Shown: in pieces, positions 31,781 to 32,631 of the stretch | How the letters are laid out: each line of letters opens with the position of its first letter | Numbering within the stretch: position 1 is the stretch's first letter | Notes under the pieces: generated by a model | What the model saw: the letters and a program-made list of their open reading frames with translations, nothing else | What the model was told of the DNA's origin: nothing | Databases searched by the model: none | Assembly (NCBI GenBank): GCA_024626585.2 | Contig: JANKJI020000004.1 | Location: forward strand, 30,126,112-30,158,742 | Origin: Ginkgo biloba | Taxonomy: Eukaryota; Plantae; Ginkgophyta | Direction of reading: 5' to 3' | DNA length: 32,631 bases | Position numbers and translations under genes: made by a program

Positions 31781-32631
31781 GCANNNNNNNNNNNNNNNNN
31801 NNNNNNNNNNNNNNNNNNNNNNNNNNNNNNNNNNNNNNNNNNNNNNNNNNNNNNNNNNNNNNNNNNNNNNNNNNNNNNNNNNNNNNNNNNTTTGTAATTC
31901 GTGGACTTTGATTCCACCAATTCAACTTGTTGTAAAGCTCAATAGAGTAGTTCTCTTTCTTCCTTTAATATAAGTAATATTTCATATATGACCGCCACTT
32001 GTGAATGTGATTTTTGTTCATTTGAATTTTGCTTCTGCTATACACATTATGGATCACAAAATGACTCACAAGACACATATTATAGAAAAAAAACTTGATA
32101 AAGGTGATCTTCACCAAATTTGGCATTCCATGTATTCTAAGTCATAGAGACACCAAATCTACAAGTTAATTGTCATAAGACATATTTCAAGCTTTAAAAA
32201 CAAAGCTTAACTCGAGTAGATAGGATCACCCACAAACAAATGGGCAAATGGAGAGAGTGAACGACATTATGGAAGACATGTTAAGGTCACATGCAGTGGC
32301 AAAATAAGGGCCATGGGAACAAAAAATTCTTTTCATGAAGATTCCATACAACAAAAGCAAGCATGCCGCTACAAGAATAAAGCATTTTAGGGCTATGTAG
32401 GTGTATAGGCCACTAACACCATTCACATAGATCTTAAGAACCTAAAAAAGAGAACACAAACGATGATGTAAATGATGGGCGGATGAGCTGTGCTAGGGTT
32501 TTGTTGGAAGGAGAGGCACCTCTCCTCCACCGCGATGGTGACTCTCTCCCACCCTTAACTCTGTTCGGGTTCGGATCAAAGGTCAAAGGAGCCAATGGTC
32601 TAGCGGAATTCAAGGGGGAGGAGGGCCTCTT

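Overview
Eukaryotic, plant-type genomic DNA: AT-rich, gappy (many N runs) and largely made of decayed transposon relics, consistent with a large-genome land plant such as a gymnosperm or fern (inferred, not proven). The only supportable host gene is a minus-strand p300/CBP-family histone acetyltransferase (plant HAC1-like). Five clearly homologous GT-AG exons (25672-25800, 24935-25135, 24466-24608, 5333-5618, 5042-5181) splice in frame without stops and encode most of the KAT11 HAT domain plus part of the plant-specific embedded ZZ finger. An ~18.8 kb TE-filled intron splits the codon of the Trp next to the catalytic Tyr. This copy looks atypical: the PHD-finger exon expected upstream is replaced by unrelated sequence carrying a strong-context ATG, several conserved active-site-region residues are substituted, the Lys-rich loop is shorter, and a 30-bp tandem duplication straddles the last visible splice donor. 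The rest is Ty3/gypsy, LINE, copia-like and hAT-like remnants, solo-LTR-like repeats and short tandem repeats. Most ORFs in the supplied track are spurious or N-gap artefacts. I see no prokaryotic-type system, CRISPR array or RNA gene. Comparisons to reference proteins are from memory, not from alignments.
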